Shown here: positions 10,031 to 19,351 of the stretch, in pieces
Layout of the letters: each line of letters opens with the position of its first letter
Numbering within the stretch: the first letter of the stretch is position 1
Source of the DNA: Candidatus Pelagibacter sp. HTCC7211
Lineage (GTDB): Bacteria; Pseudomonadota; Alphaproteobacteria; Pelagibacterales; Pelagibacteraceae
Direction: 5' to 3'
Assembly (NCBI RefSeq): GCF_000155895.1
Contig: NZ_DS995298.1
Coordinates: 1,020,001 to 1,052,000 of the forward strand
Length of the DNA stretch: 32,000 nucleotides
Made by a program: the position numbers and the translations under genes
The notes under the pieces: generated by a model
Seen by the model: only the letters and a program-made list of their open reading frames with translations
Database searches by the model: none
Told to the model about the DNA's origin: nothing

Positions 10031-11458
10031 ATGAAAATGCTTAAAACTTTGAAAAATTTTGGTGGAAAAAAATTAGGTGGATTAATCTTAATTGGTGTAA
10101 TTATAATTGCATTTGGGTTTGGTGGTTTTGGAGGCGGATTTAGTACCAATAATCAAAATAATATAGCAAAGATAAATAAAAAAAATGTAACTACTCAAGA
10201 TTTTATGAATTATCTTAATGAAAGTAGAATTTCACAACAAGCTATTAGAGAAAATATAGACAATAATATAATTGAAGAATTATTATCAGGTCTTATTTCA
10301 ACTACATTGATAAGTTTGGAAATAGAAGAATTAGATTTATCAATTACAGAATTAACAGTTTTAAAGAAGATAAAAGAAAATAAAAATTTTTTTGATGAAA
10401 ATAATGTTTTTCAAAGAACAAAATATGAAAAATTTTTATTAACAAATAATATGTCAGCTCCAATGTATGAGTTGCAATTAAAAAACAAAGAGCTTCAAAA
10501 ACATCTTTTTGATTTTATAGGTGCTGGAACTATTACTCCAGAATTTTTACTTGTTAAAAAGTTTGAAGAAGAAAATAAATCCTTAAGTCTTGAATATTTT
10601 CCGATGGAAAACTTATATAAAAATAAAGAAGATTTAACTAATTCAGAAATAGAAAATTTTTTAAAAGAAAATAAAGATTTGTTAAAAAGGGAATTTATTG
10701 ATTTTAAATATGTAACATTAAATCCACAGATTTTAATTGGCTTAGAGGAATTTAATCAAGATTTCTTTGATGAAATAGATAAAATTGAAAATAAAATATC
10801 TCAAGGTGTTACTTTTGAAGCAATTATAGAAAATATTAATGCTAATGTTTTAGAAATTAAAGAATACGCTCCTTCAACAACAAAAAAATTAAATGAAGAT
10901 ATGATCTATTCTAAAAGATCATCTGAACTAGATATAATTGAAAATGGAGATAATTTCTTGTTATATACAATCACTAATAAATATGATCGTGATCCAGATT
11001 TAACAGATCAAAATATAAATGAAGAAATACGACAATTAGTTTATCAAAAAAGTAAGTTTGACTTTAATAGAAGCATCTTAGAAGAAATTCAAAAAAAAGA
11101 ATTTAATGATAATAAGTTTAAAGAAATGGCTAGCTATAATACTCAATACTTAACGATTAACTCAATTAATGATCATGATGTTTTTGAAGGAAATTCAGTT
11201 AAAATACTTTATTCATTACCTGAAAGTTCTTTCACTCTCGTTAATGACAAAGATAATAAGATTTATTTAGTAAAAATAACTGGATCTTCTAAAAATTCAT
11301 TTAGCAAAACTGATGAAAATTATCTAAAATTTATAAGTAATCAGTATACTAACAATAGAATGGCTATACTAAAATCATACGATCAGTTACTTAATGACAA
11401 ATATAAAGTACAGTTAAATCAAAAAACAATTAATAGAGTTAAAAACTATTTCAAATGA
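10031..11458 (+). CDS. Membrane-anchored PpiD/SurA-N-like periplasmic chaperone; the parvulin domain appears degenerate or absent
   Basis: 475 aa with an N-terminal TM anchor (LGGLILIGVIIIAFGFGGFGGGF) followed by a long K/E/N-rich soluble region. Its position directly upstream of trpE matches ppiD-like genes in alphaproteobacteria. I see no GGxLG-type parvulin signature. The functional call is tentative. Confidence 0.55.
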   Translation: MKMLKTLKNFGGKKLGGLILIGVIIIAFGFGGFGGGFSTNNQNNIAKINKKNVTTQDFMNYLNESRISQQAIRENIDNNIIEELLSGLISTTLISLEIEELDLSITELTVLKKIKENKNFFDENNVFQRTKYEKFLLTNNMSAPMYELQLKNKELQKHLFDFIGAGTITPEFLLVKKFEEENKSLSLEYFPMENLYKNKEDLTNSEIENFLKENKDLLKREFIDFKYVTLNPQILIGLEEFNQDFFDEIDKIENKISQGVTFEAIIENINANVLEIKEYAPSTTKKLNEDMIYSKRSSELDIIENGDNFLLYTITNKYDRDPDLTDQNINEEIRQLVYQKSKFDFNRSILEEIQKKEFNDNKFKEMASYNTQYLTINSINDHDVFEGNSVKILYSLPESSFTLVNDKDNKIYLVKITGSSKNSFSKTDENYLKFISNQYTNNRMAILKSYDQLLNDKYKVQLNQKTINRVKNYFK

Positions 11459-12915
11459 TAATAAATCGAAGCTTCAAAGATTTTAAGTTTCGACACAGAA
11501 GCAAAAAAAATCAAATCATATACAGTTCAAAAAAAGTTCAAAATGATGATGAAGTTTTTAATCTTATTGATAATTTTTTAACTGAAAAAAATAGCTTTAT
11601 TTTTGAGTCTGTTGAAAAAGGTAAAATTAAGGGTAGATACACTATATTTGGTAAAAACCCTGATAAAATTTGGGAGTTTAATAATAATAATTCATATCTA
11701 ATTAAAAATAAAAAAAAGATCAGATTAAGAGAAAAACCTAACAAACTGATTGAGAAAATTATTGAAGAATTTAAATTTGAAACTCCAAAAAAATTACCAA
11801 ATATATGTTCATTAATATCAGGGTATTTTTCTTACGACTCTATTAGGTATATTGAAAAAATTCCTAACAAATGTAAAAATGATCTTAATCTACCAGATGT
11901 TAGATTGTTGAGACCAAGAACACTAATAATTCATGATAATTTGAAAAAAGAAATCTTTTTTATAATAAATATTTTTAGTGACGAAAAAATTAACAATTAT
12001 CAAAAAAAGTTTGATGATATTAAATTTGAACTATTTAAACTAAATATTCAATCTTCAATTAGAAATTTGAAAACATTAGAAAATAATGTTTTGAAAGATA
12101 TCAAAGTAAAATCTAATACATCAAAAAATAAATTTCTGAAAATGGTGAATAAAGCCAAAGAGTACATTAAGTTAGGAGATATTTTTCAAGTAGTATTAAG
12201 TCAAAGATTTGAAGCAAAACTAACTAAAAAACCTTTAGATATATACAAAAAATTAAGACTTACTAATCCTTCCCCTTTTATGTTTTTTTTTAATTTTAGT
12301 GATTTTCAAATAATAGGAGCTAGTCCAGAAATATTGGTCAGATTAAGAGATAACAAAATTACTGTTAGACCTATTGCAGGAACAAGACCTAGAGGTAAAA
12401 CTATTAAAGAAGATAACTTTTTTGAAAAAGATTTACTTAAAGATAAAAAAGAATTGTCTGAACATTTGATGCTTTTAGATTTAGGAAGAAATGATGCTGG
12501 AAAAGTATCAAAAATTAATTCAGTAAAAGTTACAGAAAGTTTCATTATTGAGAGATATTCACATGTAATGCATATAGTTTCTAACGTAATAGGTGAATAC
12601 AATAAAAAATTTTCAAGATTTAAATCATTATTAGCTGGTTTTCCAGCAGGAACTGTATCGGGAGCACCCAAAATTAGAGCTATGGAAATTATAGATGAAT
12701 TAGAAACAACTAAAAGAAAAGTTTACGCTGGAGGTATTGGATATTTTTCAGCAAATGGAGAATTTGATACTTGTATAGCTTTAAGAACAGCTGTTGCTAA
12801 AAATAACAAATTTTATGTTCAAGCAGGCGCAGGTATTGTTGCAGATAGTAAACCAATTAATGAATACGAGGAAACTGTTAATAAAGCTAAAGCTTTAATC
12901 AACGCTTTAAGATAA
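11455..12915 (+). CDS. trpE: Anthranilate synthase component I
   Basis: 486 aa with chorismate-binding motifs (LGDIFQVVLSQRF, SPEILV, RPIAGTRPRG, GTVSGAPKIRAMEII, YAGGIGYF). It forms an ATGA overlap with the upstream gene. Confidence 0.95.
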   Translation: MIINRSFKDFKFRHRSKKNQIIYSSKKVQNDDEVFNLIDNFLTEKNSFIFESVEKGKIKGRYTIFGKNPDKIWEFNNNNSYLIKNKKKIRLREKPNKLIEKIIEEFKFETPKKLPNICSLISGYFSYDSIRYIEKIPNKCKNDLNLPDVRLLRPRTLIIHDNLKKEIFFIINIFSDEKINNYQKKFDDIKFELFKLNIQSSIRNLKTLENNVLKDIKVKSNTSKNKFLKMVNKAKEYIKLGDIFQVVLSQRFEAKLTKKPLDIYKKLRLTNPSPFMFFFNFSDFQIIGASPEILVRLRDNKITVRPIAGTRPRGKTIKEDNFFEKDLLKDKKELSEHLMLLDLGRNDAGKVSKINSVKVTESFIIERYSHVMHIVSNVIGEYNKKFSRFKSLLAGFPAGTVSGAPKIRAMEIIDELETTKRKVYAGGIGYFSANGEFDTCIALRTAVAKNNKFYVQAGAGIVADSKPINEYEETVNKAKALINALR

Positions 12916-13481
12916 TGAAAATATTATTAATTGATAACTATGATAGTTTTACATTTAATCTTTATCACTACCTATCATCTTTGAATACAAAAGTTGATGT
13001 TGTCAGAAATGACAAAATAACTTCGAAAGATATTATCAATAAAAGATATAATAAAATTGTAATTTCTCCAGGACCAGGAAATCCAAATCAGTCAGGAAAT
13101 TGTTTAGATATATTAAAGAATCTTCACAAAGATATTCCTTTTCTTGGAGTTTGTCTTGGCCATCAAATCATAGGACAAGTATTTGGCTCAAAAATTATTC
13201 AAGCTAAAAAACTTATGCATGGAAAGACAAGTAAAATTAAATCTAAAAAAATTGGAATTTTAAAAAATCTACCAATTACCTTTGAGGCAACACGATATCA
13301 CAGTCTCATAATCGATAAAAAATCGCTTTCTAGTGACCTGGAAATAACAGCTGAGACAACTGATGGATTAATTATGGGTGTTCAACATAAAAAATTTAAT
13401 ATTCATGGTGTACAATTTCATCCTGAAAGTATTAAAACTAAATTAGGAATTAAAATATTAAAAAATTTTTTAAATTATTAA
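12915..13481 (+). CDS. trpG: Anthranilate synthase component II (glutamine amidotransferase)
   Basis: 188 aa with the class-I GATase triad context (GVCLGHQ, VQFHPES). It forms a TAATG junction with trpE. Confidence 0.9.
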   Translation: MKILLIDNYDSFTFNLYHYLSSLNTKVDVVRNDKITSKDIINKRYNKIVISPGPGNPNQSGNCLDILKNLHKDIPFLGVCLGHQIIGQVFGSKIIQAKKLMHGKTSKIKSKKIGILKNLPITFEATRYHSLIIDKKSLSSDLEITAETTDGLIMGVQHKKFNIHGVQFHPESIKTKLGIKILKNFLNY

Positions 13482-13489
13482 AAAAAATA

Positions 13490-14482
13490 ATGGATCAATA
13501 TTTAGAAAAACTTAGAAATAAACAAAATCTATCATTTGATGAAAGTAAATCTGCATTTGAAATTTTAATGACAGGTGAAGCATCGGAAGATCAAATATAT
13601 AATTTTTTAACCTTGCTTTCATCTAAGGGAGAGGTTTCAGATGAAATAGCTGGTGGTGTATATGTACTTAGAGAAAAGTCAAAAAGAGTAAATGTTGAAG
13701 GTTGTGTTGACACTTGTGGAACAGGTGGTGATGGAATGAATACATTGAATATTTCTACTGCTTCGGCACTACTTTTAGCAAGTATGGGTACTAAAGTAGC
13801 AAAACATGGTAATAAAGCTGTTTCGTCAAAATGTGGATCAGGTGATGTTCTGGAAGCGCTAAAAATAAAAATAGATCTTGAGCCAAATGATATAGAAAAA
13901 GAAATTAATAATAATAATTTTGGTTTTATGTTTGCTCCAAATTATCATAATGCTATGAGGTTTGTTGGTCCAGTGAGAAAAAAAATTGGTAAAAGAACGA
14001 TATTTAATATGATTGGACCTCTAAGCAATCCAGCATTAGTTAATAAACAAGTTGTAGGGGTATTTGACAAAAGTCTATTAAATATATTTGCTGAAGGACT
14101 TAAAAAATTAAATATTAAATTTGCCTGGATTGTAAATAGTGAAGATGGATTGGATGAAATATCTCCTTACGCTAAAACTAATGTCATGCAATTAAAAGAT
14201 GGTGAAATATCTGAAATTACTATCGATCCAAAATTATTAAATATTAATGCTGAGAAATTTGAAAATCTTGTTGGAGATGATGCTAACTATAATGCAAATA
14301 AAATGATAGAAATTTTTAAAGGTAAAGACAATGATTTTTCTAAAGCTGTTTGCTTAAATGCAGCAGCAGGTTTAATTGTTAATGAAAAATTTTCAGAATT
14401 TTCAGATGCATATAATCATAGTAGAGAATTTATTTTATCAGGAAAACCCTATCTGCATTTAAAAAAACTACAAAATGTCTGA
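13490..14482 (+). CDS. trpD: Anthranilate phosphoribosyltransferase
   Basis: 330 aa with the motifs DTCGTGGDG, NISTASALLLASMG, KHGN and NMIGPLSNP. Confidence 0.95.
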   Translation: MDQYLEKLRNKQNLSFDESKSAFEILMTGEASEDQIYNFLTLLSSKGEVSDEIAGGVYVLREKSKRVNVEGCVDTCGTGGDGMNTLNISTASALLLASMGTKVAKHGNKAVSSKCGSGDVLEALKIKIDLEPNDIEKEINNNNFGFMFAPNYHNAMRFVGPVRKKIGKRTIFNMIGPLSNPALVNKQVVGVFDKSLLNIFAEGLKKLNIKFAWIVNSEDGLDEISPYAKTNVMQLKDGEISEITIDPKLLNINAEKFENLVGDDANYNANKMIEIFKGKDNDFSKAVCLNAAAGLIVNEKFSEFSDAYNHSREFILSGKPYLHLKKLQNV

Positions 14483-15266
14483 AAATATACTTGAAAAAAT
14501 AATTAAGAAAAAAATTGAAAAAATAGACCATCTTAAAAAGTCTATTAATTTGAACCAACTTAATGATATTATTAATGTAAATAATAGTTTTGTAAATTTT
14601 AAAGAAAAAATTCAAAATAATATCTCTAATAATAAAACATCCATTATTGCAGAAATAAAGAAAGCTAGTCCATCTGCAGGCATAATTATCGATGATTATA
14701 ATCCTGTAGAAATAGCCAATATTTATAAGAATAACAAAGCAACTTGCCTATCTGTTTTAACAGAGGAAGATTTTTTCTTAGGAAATATAATTCACATTAG
14801 TAAAATAAAAGAAAAAATTAACTTACCAATATTATGTAAAGATTTTTTTATAGATACTTTTCAAATACCTTTAGCAAAAAGTTATGGTGCTGATGCAATC
14901 TTGATTATTTTAGCTGGTGTCTCTGAAAATTTAGCGAACCAATTATATGAAGAAGCCTTAAAACTTAACATGTCAGTTATTGTAGAAGTTCATACTGTTG
15001 ATGAGGCTAAAAAAGCTTTAAATTTTAAGGAAGCTTTAATTGGAATAAATAATAGAAATTTAAAAACTTTAAAAACAGATATTAATACAACCTATGATAT
15101 TTATAATGTGCTAATTAATCATGAAGGTCCTTTAATTTCTGAGAGTGGAATAAAAACTAAAGAGGAGTTATTAAATTTAAAAAACAAAACATCCATCAAT
15201 ACTTTTTTAATTGGTGAATCACTTTTGAAAAATTTAGAAAAAAACTCTATATTTTCAGTTTTATAG
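14475..15266 (+). CDS. trpC: Indole-3-glycerol phosphate synthase
   Basis: 263 aa with the motifs IAEIKKASPS, GINNRNL, ISESGI and LIGESL. It overlaps trpD by 8 nt. Confidence 0.93.
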   Translation: MSENILEKIIKKKIEKIDHLKKSINLNQLNDIINVNNSFVNFKEKIQNNISNNKTSIIAEIKKASPSAGIIIDDYNPVEIANIYKNNKATCLSVLTEEDFFLGNIIHISKIKEKINLPILCKDFFIDTFQIPLAKSYGADAILIILAGVSENLANQLYEEALKLNMSVIVEVHTVDEAKKALNFKEALIGINNRNLKTLKTDINTTYDIYNVLINHEGPLISESGIKTKEELLNLKNKTSINTFLIGESLLKNLEKNSIFSVL

Positions 15267-15315
15267 TTAAATAAACCCCTATTTTATTGGCATTTTTAGT
15301 ATTGTTAAATCAAAA

Positions 15316-15330
15316 GAACTTTTATAGAAC
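15316..15330 (+). promoter_or_regulatory. Alphaproteobacterial SOS box (LexA operator), GAAC-N7-GAAC
   Basis: GAACttttataGAAC is an exact match to the direct-repeat LexA operator described for Rhizobium and Rhodobacter. It lies 25 nt upstream of the lexA ATG. Confidence 0.8.
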
Positions 15331-15337
15331 ATTATTT

Positions 15338-15352
15338 GTACGATATTTGTTC
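15338..15352 (+). promoter_or_regulatory. Second, imperfect SOS box in the opposite orientation (GTAC-N7-GTTC)
   Basis: GTACgatatttGTTC has one mismatch to GTTC-N7-GTTC and ends 2 nt before the lexA ATG. It is phased exactly 11 bp from box 1. Confidence 0.5.
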
Positions 15353-15354
15353 TT

Positions 15355-16032
15355 ATGCTAACTAAAAAACAAAAAAACCTGCTTTTATTTATCAACAAGA
15401 AGTTGAGAAGCTCTGGTGTTTCACCTTCTTATGAAGAGATGAAGCAATCACTCAATCTAAAATCTAAATCAGGTATTCATAGATTAATAAGTGCTTTAGA
15501 AGAAAGAGGATTTATTAAAAGATTAGCACATAAAGCTAGAGCATTAGAGGTAATTAAATTGCCTGAGACTGCCTCAGCAAATGATATTTATAATAGTTTT
15601 TCACCAAGTGTTATTAAAGGTGGCTTAGATGAAGTAAATATAAACTCTGATGAAATAGAAGTTCCTGTTCTTGGTAAAATAGCTGCTGGTACACCAGTAG
15701 AAGCAATCCAAAATGAGGTGTCTAGAATTCCATTGCCGAACAATTTAGAAAAAAATGGTGACTATTTCGGCCTAAAAGTTCAAGGTGACTCAATGATTGA
15801 AGCCGGTATTAATGAGGGTGATACTGTTATTATTAAAAGAACTGATACCGCAGATAATGGAAAAATTGTTGTAGCTTTAATAGATGAACATGAAGCTATG
15901 CTTAAAAGAATTCGTAAAAAAGGTAAAGTAGTTGCACTTGAAAGTGCTAATAGAAACTATGAAACTAAGATTTTTGGACCTGATAGAGTTAAAGTTCAAG
16001 GAGTATTGGTATCTTTATATAGAAACTTTTAA
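15355..16032 (+). CDS. lexA: LexA repressor (SOS regulon transcriptional repressor / S24 peptidase)
   Basis: 225 aa with an N-terminal winged-HTH (LTKKQKNLLLFI, GIHRLISALEERGFIKR). The putative cleavage region is KIAAGTP, and the catalytic Ser/Lys context is VQGDSM ... LKRI. Confidence 0.95.
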   Translation: MLTKKQKNLLLFINKKLRSSGVSPSYEEMKQSLNLKSKSGIHRLISALEERGFIKRLAHKARALEVIKLPETASANDIYNSFSPSVIKGGLDEVNINSDEIEVPVLGKIAAGTPVEAIQNEVSRIPLPNNLEKNGDYFGLKVQGDSMIEAGINEGDTVIIKRTDTADNGKIVVALIDEHEAMLKRIRKKGKVVALESANRNYETKIFGPDRVKVQGVLVSLYRNF

Positions 16033-16054
16033 AAAAATAGTCTAAACATCATTG

Positions 16055-17455
16055 ATGTCAAAAGTAGCAACACGATTTGCTCCCTCACCTACTGGAGCTC
16101 TTCATATTGGTGGTGTAAGAACAGCCTTATTTAATTGGCTTTATTCAAAAAATCATAAAGGTACTTTTCATTTAAGAATCGAAGATACAGATAAGGAAAG
16201 ATCTAAAGATGAACATAAAGATCAAATTATCAAATCTTTAAAATGGATAGGTGTAGAACATGATGGTGAAGAATATATTCAATCAACTAAAATTAATGAT
16301 CATGCAAAAGTAGCAAATGAGCTACTTAAAAATGGTAATGCTTATAGATGCTATTGCTCAAGTGAAGAAATTGAAGAACAAAAGAAAAGAGCTAGACAAA
16401 AAAAACTTCCTTATATTTATAATAGGAAATGGAGAGATATTCCAGAGTCAGAAGCACCAAAAGATATAAAACCAGTAATAAGATTTAAAAGTAAAATTGA
16501 AGGTACTTCAATTCTTAAAGATTTAGTTCAAGGAGATGTTGAGATAGATAACAGTACTATTGAAGATTTTATAATTTTAAGAAACGATGGCACTCCAACT
16601 TATAATTTGTCAGCAACTGTTGATGATCATCAGATGGGAATGACACATATTATTAGAGGTGATGACCATAAAATAAATACCTTTAAACAAATTCAAATCT
16701 ATTTAGCAATGAATTGGAATTTGCCAGCATTTGCTCACATTCCACTAATTCATACTATAGAAGGAAAAAAGCTATCAAAAAGAGATAATGCTTCAACTTT
16801 AGATGACTATTCTAAAATTGGTATTATGCCTGAAGCATTAAGAAATTATTTACTAAGACTTGGGTGGTCTTACGAAGATAAAGAAATTTTTACATTAGAA
16901 GAAAGTATCAAATTATTTAATTTAGAGGGAATAGGTAAATCTCCATCAAAACTAGATATGAGTAGAATTTTATCAATGAATGAACATTATATAAAATCAA
17001 TCGATGAAAACGAATTATATCAACAACTTGTTAGTTATTGTGAAAAATACAAAGAAAAAATTAAATCTGAAAAAGAGGCAAAGATTAAACCATCATTGTC
17101 CTTTCTTAAAAATAAAGCAAAAACACTAGAGGATATATACAATAATGCAAAATTTATAATTCATGATGAAATTAAATTTAATGATGAAGATTTAAAATTA
17201 ATAGATGAAAAAGCTAAAATAATAATAACAGAATTCAAAAATAAAATTTTAGCAATAGATCAATTTAAGAAAGAAACATTAGAACCTGTAGTAAAAGAAT
17301 TAATTAAATCACATGAAACAAATTTTAAAGGAGTGGGTCAACCTTTAAGAGTTGCATTGACAGGATCAAAATTTGGACCAGGTTTATACGATATTATAAT
17401 TTCATTAGGTAAAGAAGAAGTTCAAAAAAGATTAAATAGTCAGATAATTATTTAA
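16055..17455 (+). CDS. gltX: Glutamate--tRNA ligase
   Basis: Class-I motifs: RFAPSPTGALHIGG (HIGH) and KLSKR (KMSKS). The ATG at 16055 is preferred over the adjacent TTG at 16052 used by the track. Confidence 0.95.
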   Translation: MSKVATRFAPSPTGALHIGGVRTALFNWLYSKNHKGTFHLRIEDTDKERSKDEHKDQIIKSLKWIGVEHDGEEYIQSTKINDHAKVANELLKNGNAYRCYCSSEEIEEQKKRARQKKLPYIYNRKWRDIPESEAPKDIKPVIRFKSKIEGTSILKDLVQGDVEIDNSTIEDFIILRNDGTPTYNLSATVDDHQMGMTHIIRGDDHKINTFKQIQIYLAMNWNLPAFAHIPLIHTIEGKKLSKRDNASTLDDYSKIGIMPEALRNYLLRLGWSYEDKEIFTLEESIKLFNLEGIGKSPSKLDMSRILSMNEHYIKSIDENELYQQLVSYCEKYKEKIKSEKEAKIKPSLSFLKNKAKTLEDIYNNAKFIIHDEIKFNDEDLKLIDEKAKIIITEFKNKILAIDQFKKETLEPVVKELIKSHETNFKGVGQPLRVALTGSKFGPGLYDIIISLGKEEVQKRLNSQIII

Positions 17456-18568
17456 TACTGTAGCAGCTTCACCTGAAGATGAAGTATTAGATCTAATACC
17501 TTCTAGAGTTTTATTACAAACATCTAATTGCTTTTGAATAAGATCTGGATTTCTTAAAAAATAAATAACAGTTCTACAAATTTCTTCAGCATTACATTCT
17601 TTTTGTAATAATTCAGGAATAATTTCTTTATCATTAATAATATTGATGATGTTTGCAAACTTAACATTAACTAATAACTTAAAAATCATAAAATTTATAA
17701 AGCTTAATTTATAAATTATTATTGATGGTATATTTAAATTAGATATTTGAAGAGAAACAGTTCCTGATTTAGAAACAGCAAAAATTGAATTTGATAAAAC
17801 TTGTGACTTTATAATTTCATCAGATACAACATCAATATTAGTAAAGTTAGTTTTTTTAATATTATTTATTATGAATTCTTTATTTTCATCTGTTGCATGA
17901 AAAAAATATTTGTAGTCATGTTTTTTATTATTCATAAGTTTAATAAAATCTAAAAGAATTGGTAAAAGAACTTTGGTTTCAGATGAGCGGCTACCTGGAA
18001 AAACTGATATAATTTTTTTTTCTTTAGAGATAACATTATTTAAAACAGTTTTTACATTCTTATTTTTTTCAATTAATGGATGACCAACAAAAGTATTTTT
18101 AATATTTTCTTTTTCAAAATATTTTTTTTCAAAGCTAAACAGTAAAAGTATATGGTCAATGAATGATTTAATTTTTTTAACCCTGTTTTTTCGCCAAACC
18201 CAAACTTGTGGAGCAACATAATGAACAGTTTTTATCTTATTATTTAACTTTTTAACTCTTTCAGAAACTCTCAAAGTAAAATCAGGACTATCTACACTAA
18301 ATAATATATCTGGATTAAATTTTATAATCTCGTCAACAGTCTTATTGATTTTTGCTCTAATTTTAAAAATATTAAATAAAACACTTGTAAAACCTAGGTA
18401 GGTAATATCCTTTAAATTAAATATTGATTTTATACCTAATTTACCAAGATGTGTTCCTCCTACTGATAAATATTCGATATCAGCATTTTGTGATTTTAAT
18501 TTTGAAATAATTGTAGATGCTAATTTGTCTCCTGAAGGTTCGCCAGTTAATACAAAAATCTTTTTCAT
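17432..18568 (-). CDS. lpxB: Lipid-A-disaccharide synthase
   Basis: 378 aa with N-terminus KIFVLTGEPSGD. The length, GT19-like pattern and position after lpxA-lpxI fit LpxB. Its 3' end overlaps the gltX 3' end by 24 nt. Confidence 0.9.
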   Translation of the reverse strand: MKKIFVLTGEPSGDKLASTIISKLKSQNADIEYLSVGGTHLGKLGIKSIFNLKDITYLGFTSVLFNIFKIRAKINKTVDEIIKFNPDILFSVDSPDFTLRVSERVKKLNNKIKTVHYVAPQVWVWRKNRVKKIKSFIDHILLLFSFEKKYFEKENIKNTFVGHPLIEKNKNVKTVLNNVISKEKKIISVFPGSRSSETKVLLPILLDFIKLMNNKKHDYKYFFHATDENKEFIINNIKKTNFTNIDVVSDEIIKSQVLSNSIFAVSKSGTVSLQISNLNIPSIIIYKLSFINFMIFKLLVNVKFANIINIINDKEIIPELLQKECNAEEICRTVIYFLRNPDLIQKQLDVCNKTLEGIRSNTSSSGEAATVLNNYLTI

Positions 18569-19350
18569 ATGATCTTTATAAAAATCTTATTTTTATTAGC
18601 AAAATTTATACATTTATCCTTATCTAAAAAAATATTTTGCTTAGATTTTAAAACTATTCCTTTTAAACCAAATTTTTTACAATCTTTTAAAGTATTAATT
18701 CCAATGGTAGGAAGATCCATTCTAAGATCTTGTTTGGGTTTAGGTAGTTTAATTAAAATACCATTTGAATTTTTATTTAATTTTGAGAGCATTTTCTTTG
18801 TACCCTGCTTACCTTCAGTAGCTAAAATACTATTATTTTTAACAATAATTGCTTGTACATGATCTAAGCTTTTCAATTTCTTAAAATATACAACACCTTT
18901 TTTAATTGAATTAAGTTCATTTATATTAGGTTTTAATTTAGAATAATTTCCAGCTTTAAGCGCCAATTCTTTATTAAAATAAATTGAACTTATAACTTTA
19001 ATACCCTCATTATCTAAAATTTTTATTATTGATTTTATAATAGCAGCATCACCTAATTTTGATGCTTTAATTACGCTGGGCATATAATAAATTCCTTTTA
19101 AATCTAATCTTAGTGATGAAAATTTTGGTTTAGCAATTTTTCCAGCAAATAAAACTTTATTAGAATTTTTTTCTTTAATTAAATTTATTATATTTCCAAA
19201 TTTGCCGATACTTATTCTATGTGAATTAACGTCTTTCTTAAATATATTATCTTTTGAAAAATCAATTATAAAATATTTCTTTTTTAATTTTTTAATTTTT
19301 TTAAGAACAATTTCTGAGAAATCAGTATCGCCTAAAAATAATCCTATCAT
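18565..19350 (-). CDS. lpxI: UDP-2,3-diacylglucosamine pyrophosphatase LpxI (DUF1009 family)
   Basis: 261 aa located between lpxA and lpxB, the position LpxI holds in alphaproteobacteria. It carries the motif DLPTIGINT. It forms an ATGA-type 4-nt overlap with lpxB. Confidence 0.8.
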   Translation of the reverse strand: MIGLFLGDTDFSEIVLKKIKKLKKKYFIIDFSKDNIFKKDVNSHRISIGKFGNIINLIKEKNSNKVLFAGKIAKPKFSSLRLDLKGIYYMPSVIKASKLGDAAIIKSIIKILDNEGIKVISSIYFNKELALKAGNYSKLKPNINELNSIKKGVVYFKKLKSLDHVQAIIVKNNSILATEGKQGTKKMLSKLNKNSNGILIKLPKPKQDLRMDLPTIGINTLKDCKKFGLKGIVLKSKQNIFLDKDKCINFANKNKIFIKII

Positions 19351-19351
19351 C

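Noticed and set aside
15267-15315. Attempted -35/-10 promoter hexamer calls upstream of lexA, and likewise in 9983-10030 and 29160-29217
   Set aside because: Several TTGxxx / TAxxxT combinations exist, but none has convincing spacing. In sequence this AT-rich such matches are uninformative. I report only the SOS boxes.
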